Translations under genes and position numbers: made by a program
Notes under the pieces: model-generated
Database searches by the model: none
The model's input: only the letters and a program-made list of their open reading frames with translations
Told to the model about the DNA's origin: nothing
NCBI GenBank assembly: GCA_020725585.1
Contig: DYES01000072.1
Location: forward strand, 921-64,920
Reading direction: 5' to 3'
Origin: Desulfovirgula sp.
GTDB taxonomy: Bacteria > Bacillota > Desulfotomaculia > Desulfotomaculales > Nap2-2B
DNA length: 64,000 nt
Shown here: positions 1 through 10,257 of the stretch, in pieces
Layout: every line of letters starts with the position of its first letter
Position numbering within the stretch: position 1 is the first letter of the stretch

Positions 1-1
1 G

Positions 2-1894
2 GTCGCCGCCAACGGCGGGCACCTGGCACCTAATCTGGGCGTGGTGGAGCTTACCTTGGCGCTGCATAGAGTTTTTCGCGCTCCGGAGGATAAGATTGTC
101 TGGGACGTAGGCCACCAGTGCTACGCACACAAGCTTTTAACCGGGCGCCGGGAGGAGTTTCGAACCTTAAGGAAGTTTGGGGGGATCAGCGGTTTCCCCC
201 GGCCGCAGGAAAGTCCGTACGACGCTTTTGCCACCGGGCACAGCAGCACGTCCATTTCCGCCGCCCTGGGAATGGCTTTGGCGCGTGATTTACAAAAGAA
301 AAAATACGCGGTGGTGGCCGTGATTGGCGACGGCGCCATGACCGCGGGAATGGCTTTTGAGGCTTTAAATCACGCCGGGCACATCCAGCGGGACTTAATC
401 GTTGTGCTCAACGACAACGAAATGTCGATCGCCCGCAACGTGGGGGCGCTGTCCAGGTATTTAACCCGCCTGCGCACCGAACCAATGTATTCCCGGAGCA
501 AAGAGGAAATCGAACAGCTGCTCAAAAAAATCCCGGCCATCGGTCCGGCGGTGGTAAAGGCAGTGGAGAGGTTAAAAGATTCGTTAAAATATCTGGTCGT
601 GCCCGGCATGTTTTTTGAAGAACTGGGCTTTAAGTATTTGGGGCCGATCAACGGGCATAACATCCCGGAAATGCTTGCCGTTTTTGAGCAGGCCAGGACC
701 GGCCGGGGGCCCGTGCTGGTGCACGTGATTACCCAGAAAGGGAAAGGCTACCCCCCGGCGGAGGAAAAGGCGGATAAGTTCCACGGAATTGGCCCTTTTT
801 CGGTGGAAACGGGCAAGAGTGCGGCCGGTGCTTCCCCTCCTACCTATACGGAGGTGTTTGGCGAAACGTTAATCCAGCTGGCCCGGCAGGATGAAAAGAT
901 CGTGGCCATTACGGCCGCCATGCCTTCCGGTACCGGGCTCTCCAAATTTGCCCGGCTCTTTCCGGAAAGGTTTTTCGACGTGGGAATAGCGGAGCAGCAC
1001 GCCGTAACCCTGGGCGCGGGACTCGCTTCCGGCGGGTTAAAGCCGGTGGTGGCCATTTATTCTACCTTTTTGCAAAGAGCGTACGATCAGGTGCTTCATG
1101 ATGTTTGTTTACAAAAACTTCCGGTAACTTTTGCCATCGATCGGGGCGGTTTGGTGGGGGATGACGGCCCTACCCACCACGGCGTTTTTGATTACGCCTA
1201 CCTGCGCTCCATACCCAACATGGTGGTTATGGCGCCTAAGGATGAAGACGAGCTCCGGCACATGCTGAAAACCGCCCTCGACCACCACGGACCGGCGGCC
1301 GTTCGCTACCCGCGGGATAAAGGAACGGGTTGTCCGCTCACCGGGGAGCCGGAACAATTACCCCTCGGCCGGGCGCAAACGCTTCGCGACGGTTGCGATG
1401 TAGCCCTGGTAGCGATTGGAAGCATGGTGAAAGTGGCCCAGGAGGCGGCGGAGCTTTTGGCGGAGCATGGTGTTGACGCGGCGGTAATCAACGCGCGGTT
1501 TGTAAAACCGCTGGATGAAGAATGTCTTACCCGTTACGCCCTGAAGACCAGGCTGATGATCACTATGGAGGAGCATGTTCTGGCGGGAGGTTTCGGCAGT
1601 GCGGTGCTGGAGGCGCTGGAGCGCCGGCAGGTTTATAATTGCCCGCTGTTCCGGCTGGGCATCGGCGATACCTTTGTCGAACACGGCAGTCGCGATATTC
1701 TCCTCGCTCAGCAGGGGCTGACCGCAGAAAATGTAGTGAACCTCGTCCTGTCCAATTTAGGGGTGCGCCCGGCAAGTGTGGCCGTAGGCCGCCATATTTC
1801 AGAGACCAGAAAAAAAGAGGGAAAAACGAACCGCCAGGTTCCTGCCCCCCGGCGATTAACGGCTGAGGACAGGCTGAAGGCAGGGGGGAAATAA
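2..1894 (+). CDS. dxs: 1-deoxy-D-xylulose-5-phosphate synthase (5' end outside window)
   Basis: Frame open from base 2 ([17 protein letters not shown]); [25 protein letters not shown] and GDDGPTHHG motifs. Confidence 0.97.
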   Translation, partial: VAANGGHLAPNLGVVELTLALHRVFRAPEDKIVWDVGHQCYAHKLLTGRREEFRTLRKFGGISGFPRPQESPYDAFATGHSSTSISAALGMALARDLQKKKYAVVAVIGDGAMTAGMAFEALNHAGHIQRDLIVVLNDNEMSIARNVGALSRYLTRLRTEPMYSRSKEEIEQLLKKIPAIGPAVVKAVERLKDSLKYLVVPGMFFEELGFKYLGPINGHNIPEMLAVFEQARTGRGPVLVHVITQKGKGYPPAEEKADKFHGIGPFSVETGKSAAGASPPTYTEVFGETLIQLARQDEKIVAITAAMPSGTGLSKFARLFPERFFDVGIAEQHAVTLGAGLASGGLKPVVAIYSTFLQRAYDQVLHDVCLQKLPVTFAIDRGGLVGDDGPTHHGVFDYAYLRSIPNMVVMAPKDEDELRHMLKTALDHHGPAAVRYPRDKGTGCPLTGEPEQLPLGRAQTLRDGCDVALVAIGSMVKVAQEAAELLAEHGVDAAVINARFVKPLDEECLTRYALKTRLMITMEEHVLAGGFGSAVLEALERRQVYNCPLFRLGIGDTFVEHGSRDILLAQQGLTAENVVNLVLSNLGVRPASVAVGRHISETRKKEGKTNRQVPAPRRLTAEDRLKAGGK

Positions 1895-1895
1895 T

Positions 1896-2711
1896 TTGGT
1901 TCCGCCGAAGATCAGGCTGGACGTGCTGTTGGTTAGAAAGGGGTTGTTTGCCAGCCGGGAAAAAGCAAGGGCGGCGACCATGTCCGGCCAGGTGCTGGTC
2001 AACGGCCAAAAGGTGTTCAAGCCTGCCGCGCAAGTCCAGCCCGATGCGGAGCTCACTGTTGTGGAGCGCATGCCTTACGTCAGCCGGGGCGGTTTAAAGT
2101 TAGAAAAAGCTATTCACGCCTTTCACCTGGATTTGAGAGATAAAATTGTTTTGGACGTGGGCGCTTCCACGGGGGGCTTCACCGATTGTGCGTTAGCGCA
2201 CGGAGCGCGCCTTGTCTACGCGGTAGACGTGGGTTACGGTCAGCTTGCCTGGAAGCTGCGCACCTCTCCCCAGGTGGTGGTTTTGGAGCGCACGAATATC
2301 CGGGACCTTTCCCCAGAAGCATTTGCCCTTCCCCCCAATTTTGCGGTCATTGATGTATCTTTCATCTCCCTGGCCATAGTTTTGCCCAAAATAAAAGACC
2401 TGACCACGGCGGACGCTCAGGGCGTAGCCTTAATCAAACCCCAGTTTGAAGCGGGGCGAGAAAAAGTCGGCAAAAAGGGCGTCGTCAGGGACCCTCTTGT
2501 CCACCGGGAAGTGATTGCCAAAGTATGCGCGGTGGTGAGTGCTTTAGGCTGGGCTGTGCGGGGGCTGGATTTTTCTCCTCTCAAAGGTCCGGAAGGAAAT
2601 ATTGAATACCTGCTTTATTTTGATAAGGATGCGCAAAACGGGCTCAGTCCTTCAGCAGTCGAAGCCAGGACCTCCGCCGCGGTGGAGGAGGCGCACCGCA
2701 CCCTGAAGTGA
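1896..2711 (+). CDS. tlyA: TlyA-family rRNA 2'-O-methyltransferase
   Basis: N-terminal S4 domain (RLDVLLV), YVSRGGLKL, DVGASTGGFTD, KPQFE; canonical position after dxs. Confidence 0.95.
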   Translation: MVPPKIRLDVLLVRKGLFASREKARAATMSGQVLVNGQKVFKPAAQVQPDAELTVVERMPYVSRGGLKLEKAIHAFHLDLRDKIVLDVGASTGGFTDCALAHGARLVYAVDVGYGQLAWKLRTSPQVVVLERTNIRDLSPEAFALPPNFAVIDVSFISLAIVLPKIKDLTTADAQGVALIKPQFEAGREKVGKKGVVRDPLVHREVIAKVCAVVSALGWAVRGLDFSPLKGPEGNIEYLLYFDKDAQNGLSPSAVEARTSAAVEEAHRTLK

Positions 2712-2737
2712 GCGTCCCCCCAGCATCCTGATTCGAG

Positions 2738-3640
2738 GTGTATGAAATGCAGAATGTTGGCCTGGTAATAAATCTTGATAAAGAGAATATACAAGACTTG
2801 GTCAAGAAAACCATTAACTGGCTCCAGGCCAACCGGTGCAAACCTTTGCTGGCTCCGGAAGCCGCGCAAGCCCTGGGCTTTCCTGAATACACGGCCGCGG
2901 AATTAGTTAAAGAAGCCCAGTGCCTGATTGTGCTTGGGGGCGACGGCACGTTGCTGAATAGCGCCAGGCTGGCCGCCCCTGCCGGCATCCCCCTTTTGGG
3001 GATCAACATCGGTCGGATGGGATTTTTAACGGAGGTTGACGCTCCCGAACTCTTTTTTGCCCTGGAAAAGCTTTTGAAAGGTGAATACAGTGTCGATGAT
3101 CGCATGATGCTGGAGGCAAAGGTGTATCGCCGGGGCAGTTGCGTCGCCCGTTCCACGGCGCTTAATGACGCGGTGGTAACCAAGGGCGCCTTCGCGCGGC
3201 TCATTTTTTTGGAGACTTATGTTAACGACGAATATGTTGCCACCTACCCGGCGGATGGTTTAATTATCGCCAGTCCCACGGGTTCTACGGCATATTCCCT
3301 CTCGGCGGGCGGGCCCCTGGTTTCTCCCGACCTGGCCTTGATGCTGGTGACTCCCATCTGCCCGCATTCCCTGTGGGCCAGGCCCCTGGTGATTGGAGCA
3401 GAAAGCGAGATCAGGGTAATCGTTAATTCCCAGAAGGAAGAGGTAATGCTGACCATGGACGGGCAGTACGGCGTTCGGTTGGAGCAAAACGACGCCGTGG
3501 TCGTCACCAGGTCTCCATTTCAGGCGAAATTTATCCGGTTGAAAAACCGGAGCTTCTATTATCTTTTACGCAGGAAGTTGAGCGAAGGCGAAAAGGCTGG
3601 TATTTCCAATGAAGGTTCAGCGGCAAAAGAAAATTCTTGA
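2738..3640 (+). CDS. nadK: NAD(+) kinase
   Basis: GGDGT, ND, DGLIIASPTGSTAYSLSAGGP motifs. Confidence 0.96.
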   Translation: MYEMQNVGLVINLDKENIQDLVKKTINWLQANRCKPLLAPEAAQALGFPEYTAAELVKEAQCLIVLGGDGTLLNSARLAAPAGIPLLGINIGRMGFLTEVDAPELFFALEKLLKGEYSVDDRMMLEAKVYRRGSCVARSTALNDAVVTKGAFARLIFLETYVNDEYVATYPADGLIIASPTGSTAYSLSAGGPLVSPDLALMLVTPICPHSLWARPLVIGAESEIRVIVNSQKEEVMLTMDGQYGVRLEQNDAVVVTRSPFQAKFIRLKNRSFYYLLRRKLSEGEKAGISNEGSAAKENS

Positions 3641-4073
3641 GATCATTTCCCAAAGGCAGGTGCAGACCCAAAAGGAACTGGCCCTGGCCCTGCAGGCACA
3701 AGGGCTCAAAGCCACCCAGGCCACCATTTCCCGTGACATCAAAGAACTGGGTCTGATCAAAGCGCCGACTGGAAACAACGCGGCGTGCTACATCTTGCCG
3801 GAGGCTCCCCGGTCATTATACCGCGAGGAGCGTTTGAAAAGGGCGTTTAAGGATTCTGTTGTTTCGTTTGATTACAGCGAAAATCTGATCGTTTTAAAGA
3901 CTCTTCCGGGAGAAGCACAGGGAGTAGCTTGTGCTCTCGACCACGCCAATTTGACGGGAATTATCGGCACGGTCGCTGGAGACGACACTATTTTAGCCGT
4001 TGTCAAACCGAAAAAATATGTGTCCAGGCTTTTGAAGCGTTTTCACCAGCTGATTAATCAAAAGCCAGGCTAA
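3609..4073 (+). CDS. argR: Arginine repressor
   Basis: TQATISRDIKEL HTH and GTVAGDDT motifs. Confidence 0.96.
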   Translation: MKVQRQKKILEIISQRQVQTQKELALALQAQGLKATQATISRDIKELGLIKAPTGNNAACYILPEAPRSLYREERLKRAFKDSVVSFDYSENLIVLKTLPGEAQGVACALDHANLTGIIGTVAGDDTILAVVKPKKYVSRLLKRFHQLINQKPG

Positions 4074-4077
4074 GGAG

Positions 4078-5793
4078 TTGGCGGCCATGTTAGTTCTGCT
4101 GGAAATTCAGGATTTCGGCCTGATCGGTCAGGCGAGCATAGAATTCACGCCCGGCTTAAACGTTTTAACCGGGGAAACAGGAGCAGGGAAGTCCATTATT
4201 GTCGATGCCCTGCAGGTCGCTCTGGGTCAGCGGGCGTCGGCGGAATTTATCCGCACCGGCAGGGAAAAGGCGCGCGTCACGGCGGTATTCGAGATCGGCA
4301 GGCACTTGCCGCTGAAAGAAAAATTATCCGGGTGGGGAATTCCCGGGGAGGAAGACGGTACTTTAGTAATGTCCCGGGAGTTAACCAGGAGCGGCCGGAA
4401 TACTTGCCGTTTAAATGGACAGGCCGTTACGGTGGGCCTTTACCGGGAAGCGGGTCGTTTCCTGGTGGCACTGCAGGGACAGTATGAGCAGCAAACCCTG
4501 GCGATGCCAGAACATCAGCTGGATTTGCTGGATCGTTTTGGCGGCGCGCAAACGGAAAGCCTGCAAAAGGCCGTCAGGGAAATATACGGCCGGTGGCGGG
4601 CTGCAAAAGTGCGTCTTGGCGAAATAACCAGCAACGCGAAGGACCGGGCGCGCCGCCTGGACATGTTGCGCTACCAGATGGAAGAAATTGACCGGGCTAA
4701 ATTGTCCGCGCCGACTGAGGAAGAGGAACTTCTCAGGGAACGCCGGCGGCTGGCCAACGCAGAAAAAATTTTATCCTTGGCCGGGGAAGGTTACGAATTT
4801 TTACAGGGAAGCGGAGGACACGGGCCGTCTGCCCTGGATTGCCTGGGGCAGGCCAGGCGTTGCTTAAGCGAGCTGTCCCGCTTAGATGAGGCGCTGGCCC
4901 CTTCGTTAGCGGCGGTGGAAAGCGCTTATTACCAGCTGGAGGATGTGGCGCGCGAACTGTCCGGCTACCGCGAGCAAATCCAGGTTGACCCCGAGCAGTT
5001 ACAACTGGTTGAGGAACGCCTGGCTCTGCTTAAAAATTTAAAAAGAAAGTATGGCGATACGATTGCCGACATACTGCGCTACCGGGAGCAGGCCGCCCGC
5101 GAGCACGACCAGCTGGCCGCCCTGGAGGAAGATACCGCCGCTTTAGAGGAGGAGGTTAACCGCCTGGAAGCCGAGTGGCGCCAGGTTTCCCGGGAGCTAA
5201 CGCGCGCCCGCCGAGAAGCCGCCCGCCGGCTCCAAGAGGCAGTTGCGGCGGAACTGGCTTCTCTGGAAATGGGCAAGGTTGAATTTTGTGTTCAGTTCGA
5301 ACAATTAACGGGTATTTCTGCTCACGGGCAGGAAAGAATTGAGTTTTTTATCTCTCCCAATCCCGGAGAGCCGCCCCGGCCGTTGGCCAAAATTGCCTCC
5401 GGAGGGGAGCTGTCCAGAATTATGCTGGCGTTAAGAACTATTTTGGCCTCGCTAGACGAGATTCCCACCCTGGTTTTTGACGAGGTGGACACGGGCATAG
5501 GCGGCAGGACCCTTCAGGCGGTGGCCGAAAAACTTTCCCGCCTTGCCGCCCGCGTCCAGGTAATTTGCGTGACGCACGCCGCGCAGGTGGCCTGCCACGC
5601 GGACAACCATTATTACGTTTGCAAAGCGGTCCAGGACGGACAGACGAATATTTACGTGGAAGCGCTCCGGGAAGAAAAGCGCGTTAAAGAGATTGCCCGC
5701 ATGCTGGCGGGAAAAGACGACGGACTGGCCTGGGAACACGCCCGCCAGCTCGTCTGGCAGGCGAAGCAGGCCAAAGAAGCGTGGTCCACGTAA
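4078..5793 (+). CDS. recN: DNA repair protein RecN
   Basis: GETGAGKS Walker A, long coiled coil, ASGGELSR, FDEVDTGIGG; ATG at 4087 is an alternative start. Confidence 0.96.
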   Translation: MAAMLVLLEIQDFGLIGQASIEFTPGLNVLTGETGAGKSIIVDALQVALGQRASAEFIRTGREKARVTAVFEIGRHLPLKEKLSGWGIPGEEDGTLVMSRELTRSGRNTCRLNGQAVTVGLYREAGRFLVALQGQYEQQTLAMPEHQLDLLDRFGGAQTESLQKAVREIYGRWRAAKVRLGEITSNAKDRARRLDMLRYQMEEIDRAKLSAPTEEEELLRERRRLANAEKILSLAGEGYEFLQGSGGHGPSALDCLGQARRCLSELSRLDEALAPSLAAVESAYYQLEDVARELSGYREQIQVDPEQLQLVEERLALLKNLKRKYGDTIADILRYREQAAREHDQLAALEEDTAALEEEVNRLEAEWRQVSRELTRARREAARRLQEAVAAELASLEMGKVEFCVQFEQLTGISAHGQERIEFFISPNPGEPPRPLAKIASGGELSRIMLALRTILASLDEIPTLVFDEVDTGIGGRTLQAVAEKLSRLAARVQVICVTHAAQVACHADNHYYVCKAVQDGQTNIYVEALREEKRVKEIARMLAGKDDGLAWEHARQLVWQAKQAKEAWST

Positions 5794-5844
5794 ATGTTAA
5801 AGTTAATGCCATATTTCGCGAAGATACCGCCGGGATTATTGGTT

Positions 5845-6543
5845 TTAGCTGCCCGCAACAAGGAAGTTGGCCCTGAAGGGAAAGGCAGGATTGTTTATGG
5901 TGATCCTTGTCCAGGAGCCTATGCTCGGATCAGGGGTGAGCAAATGGGCCCTGTGTGCTGAAATCAACTCTACGTTTCTTATTCTATGAGGCAACCGAAT
6001 GTGAAGGGTCTCCGGAGGCCGGTATCCTGTTGGAATCCGGCCCTCTTTTTTTAAGTTAATTTTACCCTCGATAAAATCTGTTCGGATTGAAAATTGGATT
6101 TCGTAAGCAAGCAGCGACTCGCCGTCAAAATATTCGATTGCTGCCCCTTCCGCTTGATCTTTCAATACAACAAGAATCTCCAGGTCTTCCAGTGAACGAT
6201 CAGGAATATAGGACGGCGCTTCCGGGTACGTGGGAACGATGGCGTTTTCCCGGATAAAAAGGGGGAGATCGGTATCTTCTTCCCAACTTGTCTGGTACGT
6301 TTGGCCTCCCTGGCGTTCTTTCCCGCACCACCACGAATACCAGGTGCCGGGAGGGAGATAGCAGGTCCGAGTTGGTGCCCGGTCCATTAACGGGGCAGCC
6401 AGCAGGTAGGGCCCCAGGAGAAATTCGGTTTCGTAGAAGACGGGTTCTAGCGCCTCGGCTGTGGGTGCGTGATAAAAAATTGGCCTCATGATCGGCTGGC
6501 CGTATTGGACTGTTCGCTTATCCAGCGTCAGGAAAAAAAACAT
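5845..6543 (-). pseudogene. C-terminal fragment of a glycoside hydrolase family 31 (alpha-glucosidase/xylosidase-like) gene
   Basis: GQPIMRPIF...EFLLGPYLLAAP...YLPPGTWYSWW...LPLFIRENAIVP matches the GH31 C-terminal region; catalytic barrel absent; opposite strand to neighbours. Confidence 0.75.
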
Positions 6544-6794
6544 AAGAAGAAAGCGGCAGTGATGCGCGAAAGGCTTGCTGCCGCCTCGTTGCTGGTTTGC
6601 CCCCCGGAGCGGGGTTTAATTTTTTACAAAATATTACAGTACAAGTCTAGAGCTTATAAATCAGCATATTGGCAAACTACGGCACATTTAGGCAGAATAA
6701 TCGCAATTATCTCAGGTTACTTTAAAAATACACGATTATATTTTATATATCTTAAAATTACACCAGATATTGTCCAGTTGAGGGGGAAAGCAAC

Positions 6795-8081
6795 CTGAAG
6801 AAAAGGATTTACAAAATCGAATGGGTATTATTTTATTTTTTAGTTCTGGCTTTTCTAGTGAAAAACCTGTTCGCTCTTCCTGTCCAGCAAAACGTTAAAA
6901 TCGGCGACCCGATCCTTCCCCGGCCGTTTTTTCATTCCGGGCTATCCCGTCACCTGAATGGATATCTTGACGACCGGCCCAAAGTTATTGATTTTTCGCA
7001 AAGCGTTCCGCTGGCCGCGGAGCCGGGCCAGTTGCACATCCGGCTCAAGCTGTTCGGGCTGATCCCTTTTCACGAAATGCTGGTGAATGTTGTTGCCCCA
7101 CCGCAGGTGATGGTTTGCGGGCATTCCATCGGTGTCTTTTTGCATGCGGAAGGAGTAATGGTCGTCGGCCACACGGCGGTGGAAGATTCTACCGGGAAAA
7201 AGTATCACCCCGCCGAAAAAGGAGGTATTCTGGCGGGCGATTTGATCGTCAAGGTGAACAATATCCCTGTGCAAAACGAAAAGCAGCTCAGGGAGGAAAT
7301 AAATCGCAGCGGGCGGGAGGGAAAGCCCGTCACCCTGGAGATAAAAAGGAATAAGAAAATGTTTGCCGTGCGCCTTAATCCCGTTTTTTGCCGGGAGACA
7401 GGGCGGTACCGGATCGGTTTATTGATCCGGGACAGCACGGCAGGCATGGGCACTTTGACTTTTTACGACCCTAAGACAAGGCTTTACGGCGCTTTGGGAC
7501 ATATGGTTACAGATGCGAGTGCAGCCTGGAAAGTGGATTTGAGTGACGGAAAAATAGTGAATGCGCTGGTCCGGGATATCTATTCGGGCTGCCGGGGGAG
7601 GCCGGGAGAAAAAATAGGCATTTTCCTGGGAAAGGCCAGCTTTACGGGCAACATCCAGAAAAACACGCCCTTTGGCATCTTCGGTACATTGCAGCAGCCG
7701 CCCGGCCAATTTTTTTACCCACGGCCGATGCCCGTAGCGATGGCTTACGAAATAGCCGCCGGACCGGCAGAAATATTAACAGTGCTGAAAGAAGAACGAA
7801 TAGAACGCTTTGCCATTGAAATAGAGAAAGTAAACCCGCAAATCAGGCCGGAAGGGAAGGGGTTGGTAATCAGGGTTACCGACCGCGAGTTGATCCGGCG
7901 GGCGGGAGGGATTATCCAGGGAATGAGCGGCAGCCCGATTATCCAAAACGGAAAATTTGTCGGTGTCGTGACGCATGTTTTCGTCAACGATCCCACCCGC
8001 GGTTACGGTGTGCCGGCGGAATGGATGCTCCAGGAAGCCGGCCTTTTGATTGTGAAGAGGGGCAATAAAATTGTTGCTTGA
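6795..8081 (+). CDS. spoIVB: Stage IV sporulation protein B (PDZ + S55 peptidase)
   Basis: GHSIGV, PDZ domain, GTLTFYDP, ALGH, GGIIQGMSGSPIIQ, THVFVNDP; track start 6858, but an in-frame CTG at 6795 behind GAGGGG adds a signal-like N-terminus. Confidence 0.95.
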   Translation: MKKRIYKIEWVLFYFLVLAFLVKNLFALPVQQNVKIGDPILPRPFFHSGLSRHLNGYLDDRPKVIDFSQSVPLAAEPGQLHIRLKLFGLIPFHEMLVNVVAPPQVMVCGHSIGVFLHAEGVMVVGHTAVEDSTGKKYHPAEKGGILAGDLIVKVNNIPVQNEKQLREEINRSGREGKPVTLEIKRNKKMFAVRLNPVFCRETGRYRIGLLIRDSTAGMGTLTFYDPKTRLYGALGHMVTDASAAWKVDLSDGKIVNALVRDIYSGCRGRPGEKIGIFLGKASFTGNIQKNTPFGIFGTLQQPPGQFFYPRPMPVAMAYEIAAGPAEILTVLKEERIERFAIEIEKVNPQIRPEGKGLVIRVTDRELIRRAGGIIQGMSGSPIIQNGKFVGVVTHVFVNDPTRGYGVPAEWMLQEAGLLIVKRGNKIVA

Positions 8082-8160
8082 AATGAGTTTTTCGATCTTT
8101 TTAAAACTGTAAAATAAACAATGTAATAATATGGGAAATATTGGTACTTTTAAGCAGCCA

Positions 8161-8190
8161 GGGAGGACTTTTTAATTGTCCGTCGAAATA
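8161..8190 (+). promoter_or_regulatory. Putative sigma-H promoter of spo0A with overlapping 0A-box-like CGTCGAA
   Basis: GGAGGACTT...GTCGAAAT upstream of spo0A, like the sigma-H Ps promoter; CGTCGAA is one mismatch from TGNCGAA. Confidence 0.5.
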
Positions 8191-8256
8191 CTTTTAGCTA
8201 ATGGATATAAATACCTGGAAATAAACTGGGGAAAAAATAAATAGGAGGCAAGGGAA

Positions 8257-9027
8257 ATGAGCAGGAAAAAGGTCAAGATATTGGTCGCTGACGACAACAA
8301 AGAGTTTTGTGAATTACTAAAAGACTACTTTACTCAGCAAGAGGATTTTATTCTTACTGGGATTGCCTATAACGGGTTGGAAGCCCTGGAAATGATTGAG
8401 CAGCATAACCCGGACGTTGTTATCCTGGATATCATCATGCCTCACCTGGACGGAATAGGGGTTCTTGAAAAGCTGTCGACCGGAACGATCAACCCGCGGC
8501 CAAAAGTAATCATGCTCACTGCTTTTGGGCAAGAAACCTTCACCCAGCGGGCGATGGACCTGGGCGCGGATTATTATGTATTGAAACCTTTCGATTTTTC
8601 CGTGCTTGCTACCCGGATCCGCCAACTGGCGGACGGATTTAACGTCTCTCAATACGTTTCCCCCGTTAAGCCCAAAAACCTGGATATTGCCGTCACCAAC
8701 ATCATCCACGAAATGGGCGTACCGGCGCATATTAAGGGCTATCATTACCTGCGGGACGCGATTTTGATGGTGATCAACGAAATCAACTTATTGGGCGCGG
8801 TGACCAAGGAATTATACCCGATGATTGCCCAGAAATACAATACAACTCCCAGCCGGGTGGAAAGGGCCATTCGCCACGCCATTGAACTTGCCTGGGACCG
8901 GGGAAACGTAGAAATGATGACGAAGTTTTTTGGATATACTATCAATCTGGAGAGGGGTAAGCCGACCAACTCAGAATTCATCGCCATGGTTGCCGATAAA
9001 CTGCGCATCGAAGCAAAGGTGAGCTGA
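8257..9027 (+). CDS. spo0A: Sporulation master regulator Spo0A
   Basis: Receiver domain ([17 protein letters not shown]) plus [36 protein letters not shown]. Confidence 0.98.
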   Translation: MSRKKVKILVADDNKEFCELLKDYFTQQEDFILTGIAYNGLEALEMIEQHNPDVVILDIIMPHLDGIGVLEKLSTGTINPRPKVIMLTAFGQETFTQRAMDLGADYYVLKPFDFSVLATRIRQLADGFNVSQYVSPVKPKNLDIAVTNIIHEMGVPAHIKGYHYLRDAILMVINEINLLGAVTKELYPMIAQKYNTTPSRVERAIRHAIELAWDRGNVEMMTKFFGYTINLERGKPTNSEFIAMVADKLRIEAKVS

Positions 9028-9052
9028 CCGGAGAAGTAAACCGGACCAAGTC

Positions 9053-9079
9053 AAACCTGACCCCTGCGTCAGGTTTTTT
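9053..9079 (+). terminator. Rho-independent terminator after spo0A
   Basis: AAACCTGAC-loop-GTCAGGTTT followed by T run. Confidence 0.8.
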
Positions 9080-9089
9080 ATTAGCTGAT

Positions 9090-9118
9090 TTGACTAACCT
9101 TTTTAAAAATTGTAAAAT
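9090..9118 (+). promoter_or_regulatory. Putative sigma-A promoter of the steA operon
   Basis: TTGACT-17 nt-TAAAAT just upstream of the steA ATG. Confidence 0.6.
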
Positions 9119-9135
9119 TCTTTTGGTGAACAATA

Positions 9136-10257
9136 ATGCATGTCCGAGGCGTGGCCAGGATCGATAGACGCACAAAAAACCTGGTGAAGAGGTTGACTCC
9201 CGGCGATATCGCCGTCATCAGCCACCCCAATCTGGACGGCCTGGCGGCCCGGTCGCTGCTTTGTGTCCGTCCCCGCGCCGTAGTTAACACCGCCCGCTCC
9301 ACGACCGGCGACTACCCGAATGCAGGGCCGCTTACCCTGGTCAGAGCGGGCATTGTTTTGCTGGATAACGTCGGGGAAAAGATCATGGAGAAAATTAAAG
9401 AAGGCCAGGTAATCGAGATTGTTGAAGATAAAATTTACCTGGAGGGTGCGCTGATTGGCTCCGGAGAGCTTTTGCGGGAGGATATGCTCCAGAAAAAAAT
9501 GGAAGAGGCCCGCCGGAAAATGAACGGGGTGCTGGCCGGTTTTATCCGGAATACAATCGAGCACGCCCGGAGCGAAATTGGCCTGGTCACCGGGGAATAT
9601 AGGCTGCCCTCCTTGCGGACGAGAATAGAAGGGCGGCATGCCCTGGTGGTGGTGAGAGGGGAGAGTTACAAGGAAGATTTAAAAGCGATCCGATCTTACA
9701 TCAGGGAAGTAAGGCCTGTCTTGATCGGGGTGGACGGCGGCGCCGACGCGATCGTGGAATTTGGTTACCGGCCCGATCTAATTGTCGGCGACATGGATAG
9801 CGTAAGCGACGAAGCCCTCTTAAGCGGGGCGGAGGTGGTCGTCCACGCCTACCCGGACGGCCGCTCTCCCGGTTTAAAGAGAATAAAAGATTTGGACCTG
9901 CCGGCGGCCATCTTTGCCGCGCCCGGGACAAGCGAGGATATCGCCATGCTCCTGGCTTACGAAAAAGGGGCGGAGCTGATCGTCATCGTAGGCGCCCATT
10001 TCTGCGTGGAAGACTTTTTAGAGAAAGGGCGCCGGGGGATGGGCAGCACCTTTTTGGTCAGGATGAAAATCGGCTCGGTCCTGGTGGATGCTAAAGGAGT
10101 AAGCAAGCTTTATCGCGGCCGCCTGTGCGCCCGTCACGTGGCGCAGATATTTTTAGCCGCTCTTTTGCCGGTGGGGATCGTTATTTTTGTCTCTCCCGTG
10201 ACGAGGGAGTTGCTGCACCTGATTTTTCTGCAATTTAAACTTTTCCTGGGGATTTAG
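9136..10257 (+). CDS. steA: SteA-like protein (thiamine pyrophosphokinase-like domain, C-terminal TM)
   Basis: ARIDRRTKNLVKRL.PGDIAVI.H, YPNAGP, LIGVDGGADA, HAYPDG, FL.RMKIG..LVDAKGVSKLY are characteristic of SteA. Confidence 0.88.
   Translation: MHVRGVARIDRRTKNLVKRLTPGDIAVISHPNLDGLAARSLLCVRPRAVVNTARSTTGDYPNAGPLTLVRAGIVLLDNVGEKIMEKIKEGQVIEIVEDKIYLEGALIGSGELLREDMLQKKMEEARRKMNGVLAGFIRNTIEHARSEIGLVTGEYRLPSLRTRIEGRHALVVVRGESYKEDLKAIRSYIREVRPVLIGVDGGADAIVEFGYRPDLIVGDMDSVSDEALLSGAEVVVHAYPDGRSPGLKRIKDLDLPAAIFAAPGTSEDIAMLLAYEKGAELIVIVGAHFCVEDFLEKGRRGMGSTFLVRMKIGSVLVDAKGVSKLYRGRLCARHVAQIFLAALLPVGIVIFVSPVTRELLHLIFLQFKLFLGI

Noticed and set aside
6650..6690. Possible sigma-F/G promoter for spoIVB (GCTTA...CAAACTA)
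   Set aside because: Spacing and -35 match are poor and the region is AT-rich, so it cannot be distinguished from chance.
6469..6798. 109-aa plus-strand ORF upstream of spoIVB
   Set aside because: No RBS or recognisable motif; it spans the GH31 fragment edge and the AT-rich promoter region.
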